Below, piece after piece: positions 9,936 to 18,979 of a stretch of 33,238 nt of DNA; within the stretch, counting starts at the first letter, position 1, and every line of letters begins with the position of its first letter. Origin of the DNA: an archaeon (lineage in GTDB: Archaea; Iainarchaeota; Iainarchaeia; Iainarchaeales; Iainarchaeaceae); contig SBBR01000060.1 of the NCBI GenBank assembly GCA_005239615.1, forward strand, positions 1 through 33,238. The letters run 5' to 3'. Below the pieces are notes generated by a model. It did not search any database. It was not told the origin of the DNA and saw only the letters and a list, made by a program, of their open reading frames with translations. The translations under genes and the position numbers were made by a program.

Positions 9936-10583
9936 TCAAAACTTGAAATTCAGGAGGGGGAAGGTCTTCTGCGCATCCTTCTCGCTTATGAGAAAAATCG
10001 TGTCGGTCCACGAGCTGATGCACTCATAGATGTTCACGCCGTTCTCGCAGAGTAGGGCTGTGAGGAAGTTGAGAAAGCCCGGCACCTCCTCAATCTTTTC
10101 AGAGGTTTTGTGCGTAATCTGCACGAGGCCCTTTCTTGCCCGAAGGATGTACCCGGAAAAGCTGTCCTCCACCTCTTTTGCAAAGTCATCATCCAGCACG
10201 AGCGTGATTGTTTTCGTGCCCTGGAAGAGGTGAAATGTGTCGCCCTTTGACTTTACAGACTTCGCAAAATCCAGAATCTTTTCCCACACAAGGCTGTCGT
10301 CTTCGAGGATGAAGACCGAGACGCGGTTGCGCATCTCGAATTTTCCCCCTTTCACAAGCTTTACTATTTTCGACTCGAGTTCCGGCGGTGGCCGGGATTT
10401 TTCGGAGAATCTCCTGCACGCGACCATTATGGCATCAAAGGATGATTTCCCCCCGATTTTGAGTTCTAGCGAGATTTTGCGCGCGAGCGCGGAGTAATTT
10501 ATCAGGCCTGCCTTTAGGCACTGCTTTATCCCCGGATGGTTCTCCAGGTACTCGAAAACGAGCTTTGCGGTCTTCATGGACAA
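9936..10583 (-). CDS. HTH + ACT domain protein, putative amino-acid-sensing regulator, divergent from argG
   Basis: 215 aa. The N-terminus AGLINYSALARKISLEL is HTH-like. The C-terminus is aspartokinase-like ACT (EVPGFLNFLTALLCENGVNIYECISSWTDTIFLISEKDA). Confidence 0.55.
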   Translation of the reverse strand: MSMKTAKLVFEYLENHPGIKQCLKAGLINYSALARKISLELKIGGKSSFDAIMVACRRFSEKSRPPPELESKIVKLVKGGKFEMRNRVSVFILEDDSLVWEKILDFAKSVKSKGDTFHLFQGTKTITLVLDDDFAKEVEDSFSGYILRARKGLVQITHKTSEKIEEVPGFLNFLTALLCENGVNIYECISSWTDTIFLISEKDAQKTFPLLNFKF

Positions 10584-10689
10584 TTAATGGGGCAAAACAA
10601 TTAAAAATGTTCAATATTGGACATTCTTTGTCAAATTTGTCTGTTTTGGGACAGAGCCTATAAGTAGGTTGGCAGCGCCATTGCTGTGA

Positions 10690-11922
10690 GTGGTTTTTGT
10701 GGCGACAAGGGAAAAGGTCGCGCTGGCGTACAGCGGCGGCCTTGACACTTCGGTGATTCTCAAGTGGCTGTGCAATGAAGGCTATGAGGTTGCGGCATAC
10801 ATCGCAGACGTGGGGCAGGACGAGGATTTTGCCGCGGCAAAAAAGAAGGCGCTGCTGCTCGGGGCCTGCAAGGCACACGTTGATGACCTGCGCGAGGAAT
10901 TCGTGAAGAATTATGTTTTCAGGGCAATGAAGGCCAACTGCACCTATGAAGGCAGCTACCTTCTCGGGACTTCGCTTGCGCGCCCCGTGATTGCAAAAGG
11001 CCAAGTCGCTTTTGCGAAAAAGAACGGGTGCGGCATCCTCGCTCACGGGGCCACTGGAAAGGGCAACGACCAGGTGAGGTTCGAACTCGCATACCACTCC
11101 CTCATGCCGGGCGTGAAAATACTGAGCCCGTGGAAGGAGAAGAAGTTTCTGGAGCGGTTCGGCGGAAGAGGGGACATGATAAAGTATGCCGCGCAAAACG
11201 ACATCCCTGTGCAGGCTACCGCCCAAAAGCCATACAGCATAGACGAGAACCTGATGCACACGAGCTACGAATCCGGGATTCTCGAAGACCCTGCAACAGC
11301 CCCGCAGGACGATATGTTCGTGAAAACGAAAAGCCCCCGGCAGGCCCCTGATAAGGAGACCAAAATAGCGATTGACTTCGAGGCAGGGGCCCCTGTGCGT
11401 GTCACCAATGCAGAAAACGGAAAAAAGACATCCGGCGCGCTGGAGGTATTCGGCTACCTGAACAAAATCGGCGGCGAGAACGGCATAGGCAGGGTTGACA
11501 TGGTTGAGAACCGGTATGTCGGCATAAAGTCACGCGGCGTGTACGAAACCCCTGCAGGAACGATACTCTGGAAGGCACACCGGGACATCGAGGGCCTGAC
11601 GCTCGACAGGGAGGTCTGCCACCTCAAGGACATGCTCATGCCGAAAATCTCGGAGCTTATATACAACGGATTCTGGTTCTCGCCGGAGATGGAATTCCTG
11701 ATGTGCACAGTCGAGCAGAGCCAGCAAAATGTTTGCGGAACGGTGTTCATGAGCCTCTACAAGGGAAATGCAATCATCACGGGAAGGGAATCGAAAAATT
11801 CGTTATACGACAAGGACCTCTCATCGATGGACAAGGCAGGCGGGTTCGACCAGTCAGACTCGAAGGGGTTCATAAAAATAAATTCGATACGGCTCCAAGC
11901 TGCCTGCAGGACGGGTTTTTGA
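10690..11922 (+). CDS. argG: Argininosuccinate synthase
   Basis: 410 aa; [46 protein letters not shown] start at 10690. Confidence 0.95.
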   Translation: MVFVATREKVALAYSGGLDTSVILKWLCNEGYEVAAYIADVGQDEDFAAAKKKALLLGACKAHVDDLREEFVKNYVFRAMKANCTYEGSYLLGTSLARPVIAKGQVAFAKKNGCGILAHGATGKGNDQVRFELAYHSLMPGVKILSPWKEKKFLERFGGRGDMIKYAAQNDIPVQATAQKPYSIDENLMHTSYESGILEDPATAPQDDMFVKTKSPRQAPDKETKIAIDFEAGAPVRVTNAENGKKTSGALEVFGYLNKIGGENGIGRVDMVENRYVGIKSRGVYETPAGTILWKAHRDIEGLTLDREVCHLKDMLMPKISELIYNGFWFSPEMEFLMCTVEQSQQNVCGTVFMSLYKGNAIITGRESKNSLYDKDLSSMDKAGGFDQSDSKGFIKINSIRLQAACRTGF

Positions 11923-12842
11923 TGAAAAACGATGTATTGTCACTTGAAGGCTTTACCATGGAAAAAATAGAAGGGCTAATCGGCGTTGCACAGGACATAA
12001 AGAAGGACCCGAAGGCATACGCCTGGGATCTGGAGGGCAAAACACTTCTCTCCATATTCGAGAAGCCCTCGCTTCGCACGCGCATTTCCTTCGAGCTTGC
12101 GATGAAGCAGCTAGGCGGCCACACGATAACTATTGATTCCCAGTCAACCCCTATGGGAAAAAAGGAATCGATTGAGGACACGGCAAAGGTTGCGAGCAGG
12201 TACGCTGACATAATCATGGCGCGCATGTACAGCCACGCTGACCTTATAAAGCTTGCCCAAAACGCGAGCGTGCCGGTGATAAACGGGCTCACAAACAAGT
12301 TCCATCCGTGCCAGATACTCTCAGACCTTCTCACTATAAAGGAGAAGAAAGGCAAGTTCGAAGGGCTAAAGCTCGCGTACTTTGGCGATGCGGACAACAA
12401 CGTAACGCACTGCCTGCTGCTCGGCTGCGCCATAATGGGAATCAATATCCATGTGGCGTGCCCGAAGGGATACTGGCCGCAAGTGGATGTGCTGCAAAAG
12501 GCCATCGCGCTCGCCAGCGGCTCGGAAGTTGTGGTCGGGGAGTGCCCTGAAAATGCCGCAAGGAAGGCAGACATAATCTACACCGACAGCTGGATGAGCT
12601 ACCACATAAAGGAAGAGGAAAAGCCCAGAAGAATCAGGGACCTGATGCCGTTCCAGGTCACCAGCCGGCTCATGAAAGCTGCAAACAAAGGCGCCATGTT
12701 CATGAACTGCCTGCCCGCGCAGAGGGGCATGGAGCAGAGCGCCGAGGTGATTGATGGGCCACAGAGCATAGTGTTCGACCAGGCCGAGAACCGGCTGCAC
12801 ATGCAAAAAGCAATACTCCTATACTCTGAGGGGATTGCATGA
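11922..12842 (+). CDS. argF: Ornithine carbamoyltransferase family protein with variant fingerprint motifs
   Basis: 306 aa from the ATG at 11922, which overlaps the argG stop (TGATG). Motifs: SLRTR, HPCQ, GDADNNV, TDSWMSYH, NCLPAQRG, FDQAENRLH. The track ORF from 11703 is an artefactual extension across the end of argG. Confidence 0.8.
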   Translation: MKNDVLSLEGFTMEKIEGLIGVAQDIKKDPKAYAWDLEGKTLLSIFEKPSLRTRISFELAMKQLGGHTITIDSQSTPMGKKESIEDTAKVASRYADIIMARMYSHADLIKLAQNASVPVINGLTNKFHPCQILSDLLTIKEKKGKFEGLKLAYFGDADNNVTHCLLLGCAIMGINIHVACPKGYWPQVDVLQKAIALASGSEVVVGECPENAARKADIIYTDSWMSYHIKEEEKPRRIRDLMPFQVTSRLMKAANKGAMFMNCLPAQRGMEQSAEVIDGPQSIVFDQAENRLHMQKAILLYSEGIA

Positions 12843-14017
12843 AACTCTGGCAATCGGAAAACAGCATGGACAAGGACATCGAAGAGTATACTGTCGGGAA
12901 CGATTGCCTCTGCGACCAGAGCCTTGTGGAATATGACTGCATCGCATCAATTGCACATGCAGGGCTGCTGCTCAAAATGAAAATAATTACTCTACTGGAG
13001 CACAAGCGGCTCGTTTCCGGGCTGAATGAAATAATCCGCCTCAATGCCGCAGGCAAGTTCAAAATAACCCGGAAAGACGAGGACGTTCACACGAAAATAG
13101 AGAATTGGCTGACAAAAAATCACGGCACGGCGGGCAAGAAGATACATACGCTGCGCTCAAGAAACGACCAGGTCCTAACGGCCCTCCGGCTTTACTCGAA
13201 GGACGGACTTGCGCAGGTCAAGGAACAGGCCCATGACCTGATTGAGACTCTTGGAAAATTCGCCAAAAAAACAAAAGGCATCGCAATGCCGGGCTATACG
13301 CACATGCAGCGCGCGATGCCATCCAGCATTGCGCTATGGGCGGGGGCATTCGAGGAATCCCTCAAGGCCGACATTGAAATCCTTGAAATGGCAATTTGGG
13401 CAAACGACGAGAATCCCCTGGGAAGCGGGGCAGGGTATGGCCTTCCAGTGAAAATAGACAAGAGCGTTACCACAAAAGGGCTGGGTTTCTCACGGCACTT
13501 TTCCAACCCGTTGTATGTGCAGAACACCCGACAGAAAGTGGAACTGGCCACGCTCTTCTCGCTGCTGCAGGTGATGCTCACCCTAAACAAGCTCGCAAGC
13601 GATTTGATGCTCTTCACAACAAAGGAGTTCGGGTTTTTTTCGCTCCCGAAATCCATGTGCACGGGAAGCAGCATCATGCCGCAGAAAAGGAACTATGACG
13701 CACTCGAAATCCTGCGCGGCAATCTCGGAGCCGTTTCCGGGAATTTTTATGCCGTGCTCGCATGCGCCTCAAATCTCCCTTCAGGTTACAACAGGGACGC
13801 TCAGCTTGGCAAGGCAAGGCTCATGGAGAGCCTTGATATCGCCCTCAAATCTCTCAAAATCGCGCGGAAAATAATAATGAACATTGAAGTGAACAGGGCA
13901 GCCCTCAAGGCCGCCAACAGCGAAGGGCTCTATGCCGCGCAAAGGGCGATAAAAATGAGCCTCGAAGGCGTCCCGTTCCGGGATGCTTACAAAATAGTCT
14001 CAAAAAGCTGCCAATAA
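12839..14017 (+). CDS. argH: Argininosuccinate lyase, C-terminally short form
   Basis: 392 aa; HTLRSRNDQV, GYTHMQRAMP, GSSIMPQKRNYDALE (fumarate-lyase signature). ATGA overlap with argF. Confidence 0.88.
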   Translation: MKLWQSENSMDKDIEEYTVGNDCLCDQSLVEYDCIASIAHAGLLLKMKIITLLEHKRLVSGLNEIIRLNAAGKFKITRKDEDVHTKIENWLTKNHGTAGKKIHTLRSRNDQVLTALRLYSKDGLAQVKEQAHDLIETLGKFAKKTKGIAMPGYTHMQRAMPSSIALWAGAFEESLKADIEILEMAIWANDENPLGSGAGYGLPVKIDKSVTTKGLGFSRHFSNPLYVQNTRQKVELATLFSLLQVMLTLNKLASDLMLFTTKEFGFFSLPKSMCTGSSIMPQKRNYDALEILRGNLGAVSGNFYAVLACASNLPSGYNRDAQLGKARLMESLDIALKSLKIARKIIMNIEVNRAALKAANSEGLYAAQRAIKMSLEGVPFRDAYKIVSKSCQ

Positions 14018-14095
14018 GCCAGAACGTTGCCCGACGATGCCCTTCTGGCGATACCTTAAAAAAAGGCGCAACGGTATTGTTTACAGGTTTCCGAA

Positions 14096-15625
14096 ATGCA
14101 GAACGGCAACGGCTTTTCGCAGAGGATGAGGGCGAGGGTCTTAGACATCACCACGGGAAAGATGGTGGCGGTGCTCAACAATAAGGACGCGAGGGAGCTC
14201 GGCCTCCAGCCAATGGAAAGGGTTGAAATCATCAACACGAGAAACCACAAGTCAGTTAATGTGGTTGTGGACGTCACCGACTCAATGGTTAGGGAGGACG
14301 AGGTCGGGGTTTTCAGGGAAATGAAGGCAGCCCTCGGAGTGAAGGCAGGCAGCATCCTGGATGTCAGGCCTTCGAAAAAGCCCAAGAGCGTGGAATTCAT
14401 CAAGAAGAAGCTCGATGGGACAAAGCTGTCGGACGGGGAGATGAGGGAGATAGTGGAGGATATTGCCTCCAACAAGCTCTCGGAGATTGAAGCGACTGCT
14501 TTTGTGTCAGCTGTCTACGTGCATGGGTTCGACCTGGATGAAACCGTAGCCATGACAAAGGCGCTGATTGCGAACGGCAAAACACTCCAGTTCGGAAACA
14601 GGATGGTGCTGGACAAGCACTCGATAGGGGGGGTCAACGGAAGGACTACAATGATAGTGGTCCCAATAATCGCCGCTGCCGGTTTTGCCATACCCAAGAC
14701 GTCCTCACGCTCAATCACATCCTCATCCGGCACAGCAGACGCCATGGAAGTGCTCGCGAACGTATCGCTCTCCCTCAGAGACATCAAGAGGATTGTGGAA
14801 AAGACCAACGGCTGCATAGCGTGGGGAGGCGCTGTCGAGCTCGCCCCTGCTGATGACAAGATAATCAAGATAGAGTATCCGCTCTCGCTCGACCCGGAGG
14901 GGCAGGTAATTGCGAGTGTGATGGCAAAGAAAGCCAGCGTGGGGGCGAAATTCCTGGTAATTGACCTTCCGGTGGGGCCTTACGCGAAAATCAAGACCAA
15001 GGACAAGGCAGAGCAGATGGCACTGCGCTTTATAGAGGTCGGGAGGAAACTTGGCATCAAGGCCGAGGTCCTGCTCACGAATGGATATGAACCCATGGGC
15101 AGCGCATTCGGCCCCAGCCTCGAGGCGAAGCACGCCATGATGGTGCTTGAGGGCAAGGTGTATGACAATCTCGCCGAGAAGGCAATGGAGCTGGCGGGGG
15201 CGCTGCTTGACCTCGTTGGAAATACCGTGCCAGGAAAAGGTAAGGAAAAGGCGCTCGGAATCTTGAGGTCTGGGAAAGCCCTGAAAAAGATGCAGGAAAT
15301 AATCAGGGCACAGGGAGGAAAGATAACTTCGTCCCAGCAAATAAAGGAGGCGCCTTACAAGATACAAGTGCTCTCGCAGCACGACGGTGTGATAAACCTT
15401 ATCAACGTCTCGCTGCTGAACAGGATTGCGAGGATAGCCGGCGCGCCGGCGGACCAGAAGGCAGGCGTGAGGCTGCTCGTCTCGCAGGGGGACAAGGTCA
15501 GGAAGAACCAGGGCCTTTTCGAGATACATGCTGAGGATGAGCGAAAGCTCAGCACAAGCCACGAGTTCGCGCTTAGAAACGAGCCTGTAGAGCTCGAGAA
15601 AGTTGTCATCGGGAAATTCGAGTGA
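14096..15625 (+). CDS. deoA: AMP phosphorylase / archaeal thymidine phosphorylase family
   Basis: 509 aa. It has the archaeal-type N-terminal extension (RVLDITTGKMVAVLNNKDARELG) followed by the glycosyl-transferase family 3 core (DKHSIGGVNGRTT, TSSRSITSSSGTAD). Confidence 0.85.
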   Translation: MQNGNGFSQRMRARVLDITTGKMVAVLNNKDARELGLQPMERVEIINTRNHKSVNVVVDVTDSMVREDEVGVFREMKAALGVKAGSILDVRPSKKPKSVEFIKKKLDGTKLSDGEMREIVEDIASNKLSEIEATAFVSAVYVHGFDLDETVAMTKALIANGKTLQFGNRMVLDKHSIGGVNGRTTMIVVPIIAAAGFAIPKTSSRSITSSSGTADAMEVLANVSLSLRDIKRIVEKTNGCIAWGGAVELAPADDKIIKIEYPLSLDPEGQVIASVMAKKASVGAKFLVIDLPVGPYAKIKTKDKAEQMALRFIEVGRKLGIKAEVLLTNGYEPMGSAFGPSLEAKHAMMVLEGKVYDNLAEKAMELAGALLDLVGNTVPGKGKEKALGILRSGKALKKMQEIIRAQGGKITSSQQIKEAPYKIQVLSQHDGVINLINVSLLNRIARIAGAPADQKAGVRLLVSQGDKVRKNQGLFEIHAEDERKLSTSHEFALRNEPVELEKVVIGKFE

Positions 15626-16433
15626 ATAGGACCAGCATTTCCTCGGGTTCGAGCAGGTAAACCTTCTTTCCAGCGAGGCCTGTTTCCTCAAGGGCTTTCG
15701 CAGTCTTTTTCTCAGTTATCTTCAGCTTCGATTCAAACTCCGCCCGGCAACTCTTCATGGCATTCGAGAGGTTCTTGTTCCTGAACCTAAAAACGCTCTT
15801 CACGAAGAATACGAAACCGCCGTAGTCCTTTATTTTCGGCTGCCTCTTCTTTGCATCGAGGACCACGAGCGATGAATAGGCCTCTGGCTTAGGGTAGAAT
15901 GATCTCGGGGAGATATTGTGTATGACGACCTCCGGGTCGTATGAGACCCTACAGAGGGCAGAAATGTAGTTGTACTCGAGGAAGCCGGGCTCGGCCACGA
16001 GCTTCTCAACGAATTCGCGCTGGAAAACGAGCACCGCTTTCTCAAACCCGAAGGCGAAGAGCTTCAGCATTATCTCGCTAGAAATGCTGTATGGCGGGAA
16101 GGCAACTACCTTGCTAAACTCCGGCTTTTCAATCCCAAGGAAGTCGCCTTCTACCAAAAAAAAATTCTTGTTCGCGTCGAATTCTTCCTGCAGCACCCGC
16201 GCGAGAACCGGGTCGTACTCGATTCCAATCACCTTGCAGTGCTCCAGCAACGCCTCGGTCAGGAACCCGGTTCCAGAGCCGATTTCCAGCACCGTGTCCT
16301 TGGAGCCCAACTCAGCACACTCGACCATCTTTGCAATAAGGCGCTCGTCAATCACGAAGTGCTGCGAAAACCTATGCTCTGGCCTGAACCCGTACTCCAC
16401 CATCAGCTGCTGAAGCTCGTCGAAAAGTGACAT
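15606..16433 (-). CDS. rsmA: 16S rRNA (adenine-N6,N6)-dimethyltransferase KsgA/RsmA/Dim1
   Basis: FSQHFVID and VLEIGSGTGFLTE motifs. The track start at 16442 is TTG. The ATG at 16433 (MSLFDELQ) lies about 25 nt downstream of TTTAAAAT (16458-16465, minus strand). The 3' end overlaps deoA convergently by 20 nt. Confidence 0.9.
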   Translation of the reverse strand: MSLFDELQQLMVEYGFRPEHRFSQHFVIDERLIAKMVECAELGSKDTVLEIGSGTGFLTEALLEHCKVIGIEYDPVLARVLQEEFDANKNFFLVEGDFLGIEKPEFSKVVAFPPYSISSEIMLKLFAFGFEKAVLVFQREFVEKLVAEPGFLEYNYISALCRVSYDPEVVIHNISPRSFYPKPEAYSSLVVLDAKKRQPKIKDYGGFVFFVKSVFRFRNKNLSNAMKSCRAEFESKLKITEKKTAKALEETGLAGKKVYLLEPEEMLVLFTRISR

Positions 16434-16535
16434 AAGCAGCAAGTAAGGTTAGAACAAATTTTAAACGGAACAAGGCCGAAAGGAAAACACCCTTGCTGGT
16501 AGGAGATTTCAGGCATACGCTGCTGTGGCAGCTAA

Positions 16536-17153
16536 TCAGAACCTTCCCTCGCGCCTTTCGAAGCCCGGGCTGTCATGGTGGCCGTGCCTCCCGTGCCGGA
16601 AGGGCCGCTCCGGCGCTGGCGGACGGGTGAAGAGATAGAACTTGCTGTCCTTCTCCTCCAGCTCCTCGACAATGCGCTTCACGATTGCCACCAGTGGGTC
16701 AGGAAACGGATAAAGCCTCTTCCTCATGTCCTCAAATGAAGCGAATGGAGCTTTCTGCCTCTCGCCGAGTATCTGCATCATGTGCTTCTTGCCCAAGCCA
16801 GGCAGCAGCTCTATCTGGTGCATCTTCAGGCTGAGGCTACTAGAAGTGTTGTAGAAGCCGACGTACCTGCTCTCGTTGCCGAGCACAATCTTCTGGATAG
16901 CGGCCTCGAGCTCGTTCAGGGAAGTATTCGTGAGCTCCTTGTGGGTAACCCTTCTCTTTATGTGGTCGACCTGCGGCCTCTCATCCTTTCCTATGTAGAC
17001 CTCGTCAAGCGCTTTGAGTTCCACTCCCGAGCGGGGAACAACTTCGAGCAGCGTGAAGGACTCCATTCCTATGAGCTGTGCCAAGGGCTCGGTCTTGTAG
17101 TCGGAGCTCTTTCCGCGGGACAGGAAATCAAGGACTAGGGCTTTTTCTTCCAT
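16536..17153 (-). CDS. DUF655-family protein, the conserved archaeal partner of RpoF and KsgA
   Basis: MEEKALVLDFLSRGKS...LLEVVP...LELLPGLGKKHMMQILGERQKAPFASFEDM (helix-hairpin-helix-like). Its position between rpoF and ksgA is typical of archaea. I prefer the start at the ATG at 17153; the track start at 17225 is TTG and overlaps rpoF. Confidence 0.75.
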   Translation of the reverse strand: MEEKALVLDFLSRGKSSDYKTEPLAQLIGMESFTLLEVVPRSGVELKALDEVYIGKDERPQVDHIKRRVTHKELTNTSLNELEAAIQKIVLGNESRYVGFYNTSSSLSLKMHQIELLPGLGKKHMMQILGERQKAPFASFEDMRKRLYPFPDPLVAIVKRIVEELEEKDSKFYLFTRPPAPERPFRHGRHGHHDSPGFERREGRF

Positions 17154-17193
17154 ATGCAGGAACACTCCACCTGAGGCTGGAATTGCCGGAAAC

Positions 17194-17532
17194 TTATTTG
17201 GCATACTTTGAGACAACTTCCACAACCTGCTTGAGCGTCTCGTCGCTGACCTGCGCCCCGCCCTTGTAGAGAATTAGCTTCGCGGTGTTCAGGTCTGGAG
17301 GCATGATGTCGATTACCTTGGTGATAAAGTCATCATCCAGCCCGTTAATCGCCTGCAGCTCCGAGTTCATCTTCTCGCCCTTAGCAGGAGTGACCTTCGC
17401 AAACTTCTTTGAGTATTCAAACGCCTGCTGCTGCTCATAAGTGAGGTCCCCCTCCTTGTTGCGCCCGGAGAGTATCTCCTTGACCTCGTAAAGCGGGACA
17501 TCCTTTGCCGAAACCTGCTTCTTGCCAATCAT
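17194..17532 (-). CDS. rpoF: DNA-directed RNA polymerase subunit F (Rpo4)
   Basis: 112 aa; sequence, size and position immediately downstream of rpl21e (ATGA overlap) match archaeal RpoF. Confidence 0.8.
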   Translation of the reverse strand: MIGKKQVSAKDVPLYEVKEILSGRNKEGDLTYEQQQAFEYSKKFAKVTPAKGEKMNSELQAINGLDDDFITKVIDIMPPDLNTAKLILYKGGAQVSDETLKQVVEVVSKYAK

Positions 17533-17909
17533 GCGGCCACCTTCTCTTCGTCCTCTTCGCCTTCCCCGTGCACATGGGCCACATGGACGCCCTGGGCAAT
17601 ACCAGGTGTGAATCCTGCCGAGCCCCTTGAAATTGTGAGGTGCGCCGGCCCCGCGAGGACCTTCATCTGCTTGCCGAGCTTGGAAACCGAGACAAAGTAG
17701 GCCGAACCCTGCTTCCCAATAACCATGCCTGTCATGCCTTGGTAGCGCCTGAATGGCATGCCGGAATGCACCGAACTATTGATTTTGATGTCTACCTTCG
17801 CCCCTACAGGAATCTGCTGCAGGAGCTTGTTGACTGTAACCTTTCCGCCCTTGTTGCGGTGGCTGTGCCTTGTCTTAGCCCTCTTGCCCTTTGCAGCCTT
17901 GCCCGCCAT
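17529..17909 (-). CDS. rpl21e: 50S ribosomal protein L21e with an acidic C-terminal tail
   Basis: GKRAKTRHSHRNKG...MPFRRYQGMTGMVIGKQGSAYFV. ATG at 17909; the track start at 17918 is GTG. Confidence 0.88.
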   Translation of the reverse strand: MAGKAAKGKRAKTRHSHRNKGGKVTVNKLLQQIPVGAKVDIKINSSVHSGMPFRRYQGMTGMVIGKQGSAYFVSVSKLGKQMKVLAGPAHLTISRGSAGFTPGIAQGVHVAHVHGEGEEDEEKVAA

Positions 17910-18580
17910 AAATACCACTAACTAAAATGATCCTGTTCTATAACCATGTCCTCTGGAAACATTTAAATACGTTGGGGGGATAAATGCGCCGTGGCGTCAT
18001 ATCATGCCAGTCTTCAATCACCCTAATCATTTCCAACCTGGTCGTTATTGCCCTTGCAGTGGTTGAGAACTTGAGCCTCCCGATGCTCATGCTTTGGTAT
18101 TAGTGCCCCGTGAAGATATTTTTCGGTGGGTTTTTTCTCCCTCATTATGGAGTGTTTCACACGGGATTCCTTCCTGTCATACTGAGTGGCTTCTTTTTCA
18201 TTAGTCATTTTTCAGGCCAATTATCCGGAGCAACTGCCATTGACTGGATTATGGTTGCCGCTACTACCATCATTTTCTTTGCGAACCACCTTTCTCCTTT
18301 GTTTGCAATTTCAGGAGGAGCAGCGCCTCAAAAAAGCAGATAATGCAAATTGTGCTTGCACCGAATGCGAGAATCGTCCCGATGCACATCACAATAATTT
18401 TCGGCACGATGCTATAGCAAATGACAAAAATATTTGAACAGGAAAAAGTCATTTGCTATCAGTGATTTTCCTCCTGCTCAAGACAGAGGCTGACCTGAAG
18501 ATGCACGCGGGCTAAGGGCACAATGGGTTACAGACTGATACAGAGATTCGGCCCACAAAAAGTTTTGGCACCGACATTAA

Positions 18581-18823
18581 CTACTCCGCCCTGAACACGT
18601 AATAGCCAACCGCGAAGAGTATTATCGCTATGAACCAGAGGCTGTACACGCCGAGCGCCTGGAACTTGAATATTATTTCCCTGATGAACTCGATTTCCTC
18701 AAAAACACGCACAAGCGCGATGAACGCGAACACCGCGCCAAGGGCCATTATGGCGGCACCTAACCCTTGCGCGAATGGGTTTCCGCTTCCTGCCATAGAT
18801 GTCACAACACCAATACGTCCCAC
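18581..18823 (-). CDS. Small hypothetical membrane protein (two predicted TM helices)
   Basis: 80-aa ORF (GTG at 18823, or ATG at 18796) with two hydrophobic stretches (LGAAIMALGAVFAFIAL and LWFIAIILFAVGYYVF). No family recognised. Confidence 0.4.
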   Translation of the reverse strand: MGRIGVVTSMAGSGNPFAQGLGAAIMALGAVFAFIALVRVFEEIEFIREIIFKFQALGVYSLWFIAIILFAVGYYVFRAE

Positions 18824-18922
18824 CGGCTTTTTACGCCTTATGCGTTTTTAGGCAACACAGGCAAAACAATCCATGCCAGGATTTAGGGAAAAGGCCCTGT
18901 TTCCGGACATTTAGGCCGTGGG

Positions 18923-18974
18923 GGCTTTATATACCGGGTTTATAAAGCCTTTTAAAGGCTTTAAATATAAAGCG
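18923..18974. promoter_or_regulatory. Array of four GGCTTTAWA TATA-type elements in alternating orientation, between the small membrane ORF and tbp
   Basis: ggctttata (18923-18931, +), tataaagcc (18941-18949, -), ggctttaaa (18957-18965, +), tataaagcg (18966-18974, -). Together they form overlapping perfect palindromes. Confidence 0.5.
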
Positions 18975-18979
18975 CCTTT

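Noticed and set aside
10435-11259. 274-aa minus-strand ORF spanning the argG start region
   Set aside because: It runs antisense to argG and crosses the divergent promoter gap. It has no recognisable domain, and argG on the opposite strand is certain.
11703-11921. 73-codon N-terminal extension of the OTCase ORF given in the track
   Set aside because: The extension lies inside the argG coding sequence in another frame. The OTCase similarity begins at the ATG at 11922, which overlaps the argG stop.
14723-15691. 322-aa minus-strand ORF
   Set aside because: It is antisense to the AMP phosphorylase gene and overlaps the ksgA 3' end in another frame. Its composition is Arg/Leu-rich and shadow-like.
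18110-18437. Plus-strand 77-aa and 83-aa ORFs in the AT-rich gap
   Set aside because: They overlap each other and the minus-strand ORFs, have no start-site context or family resemblance, and have odd composition. They cannot be supported as genes from sequence alone.
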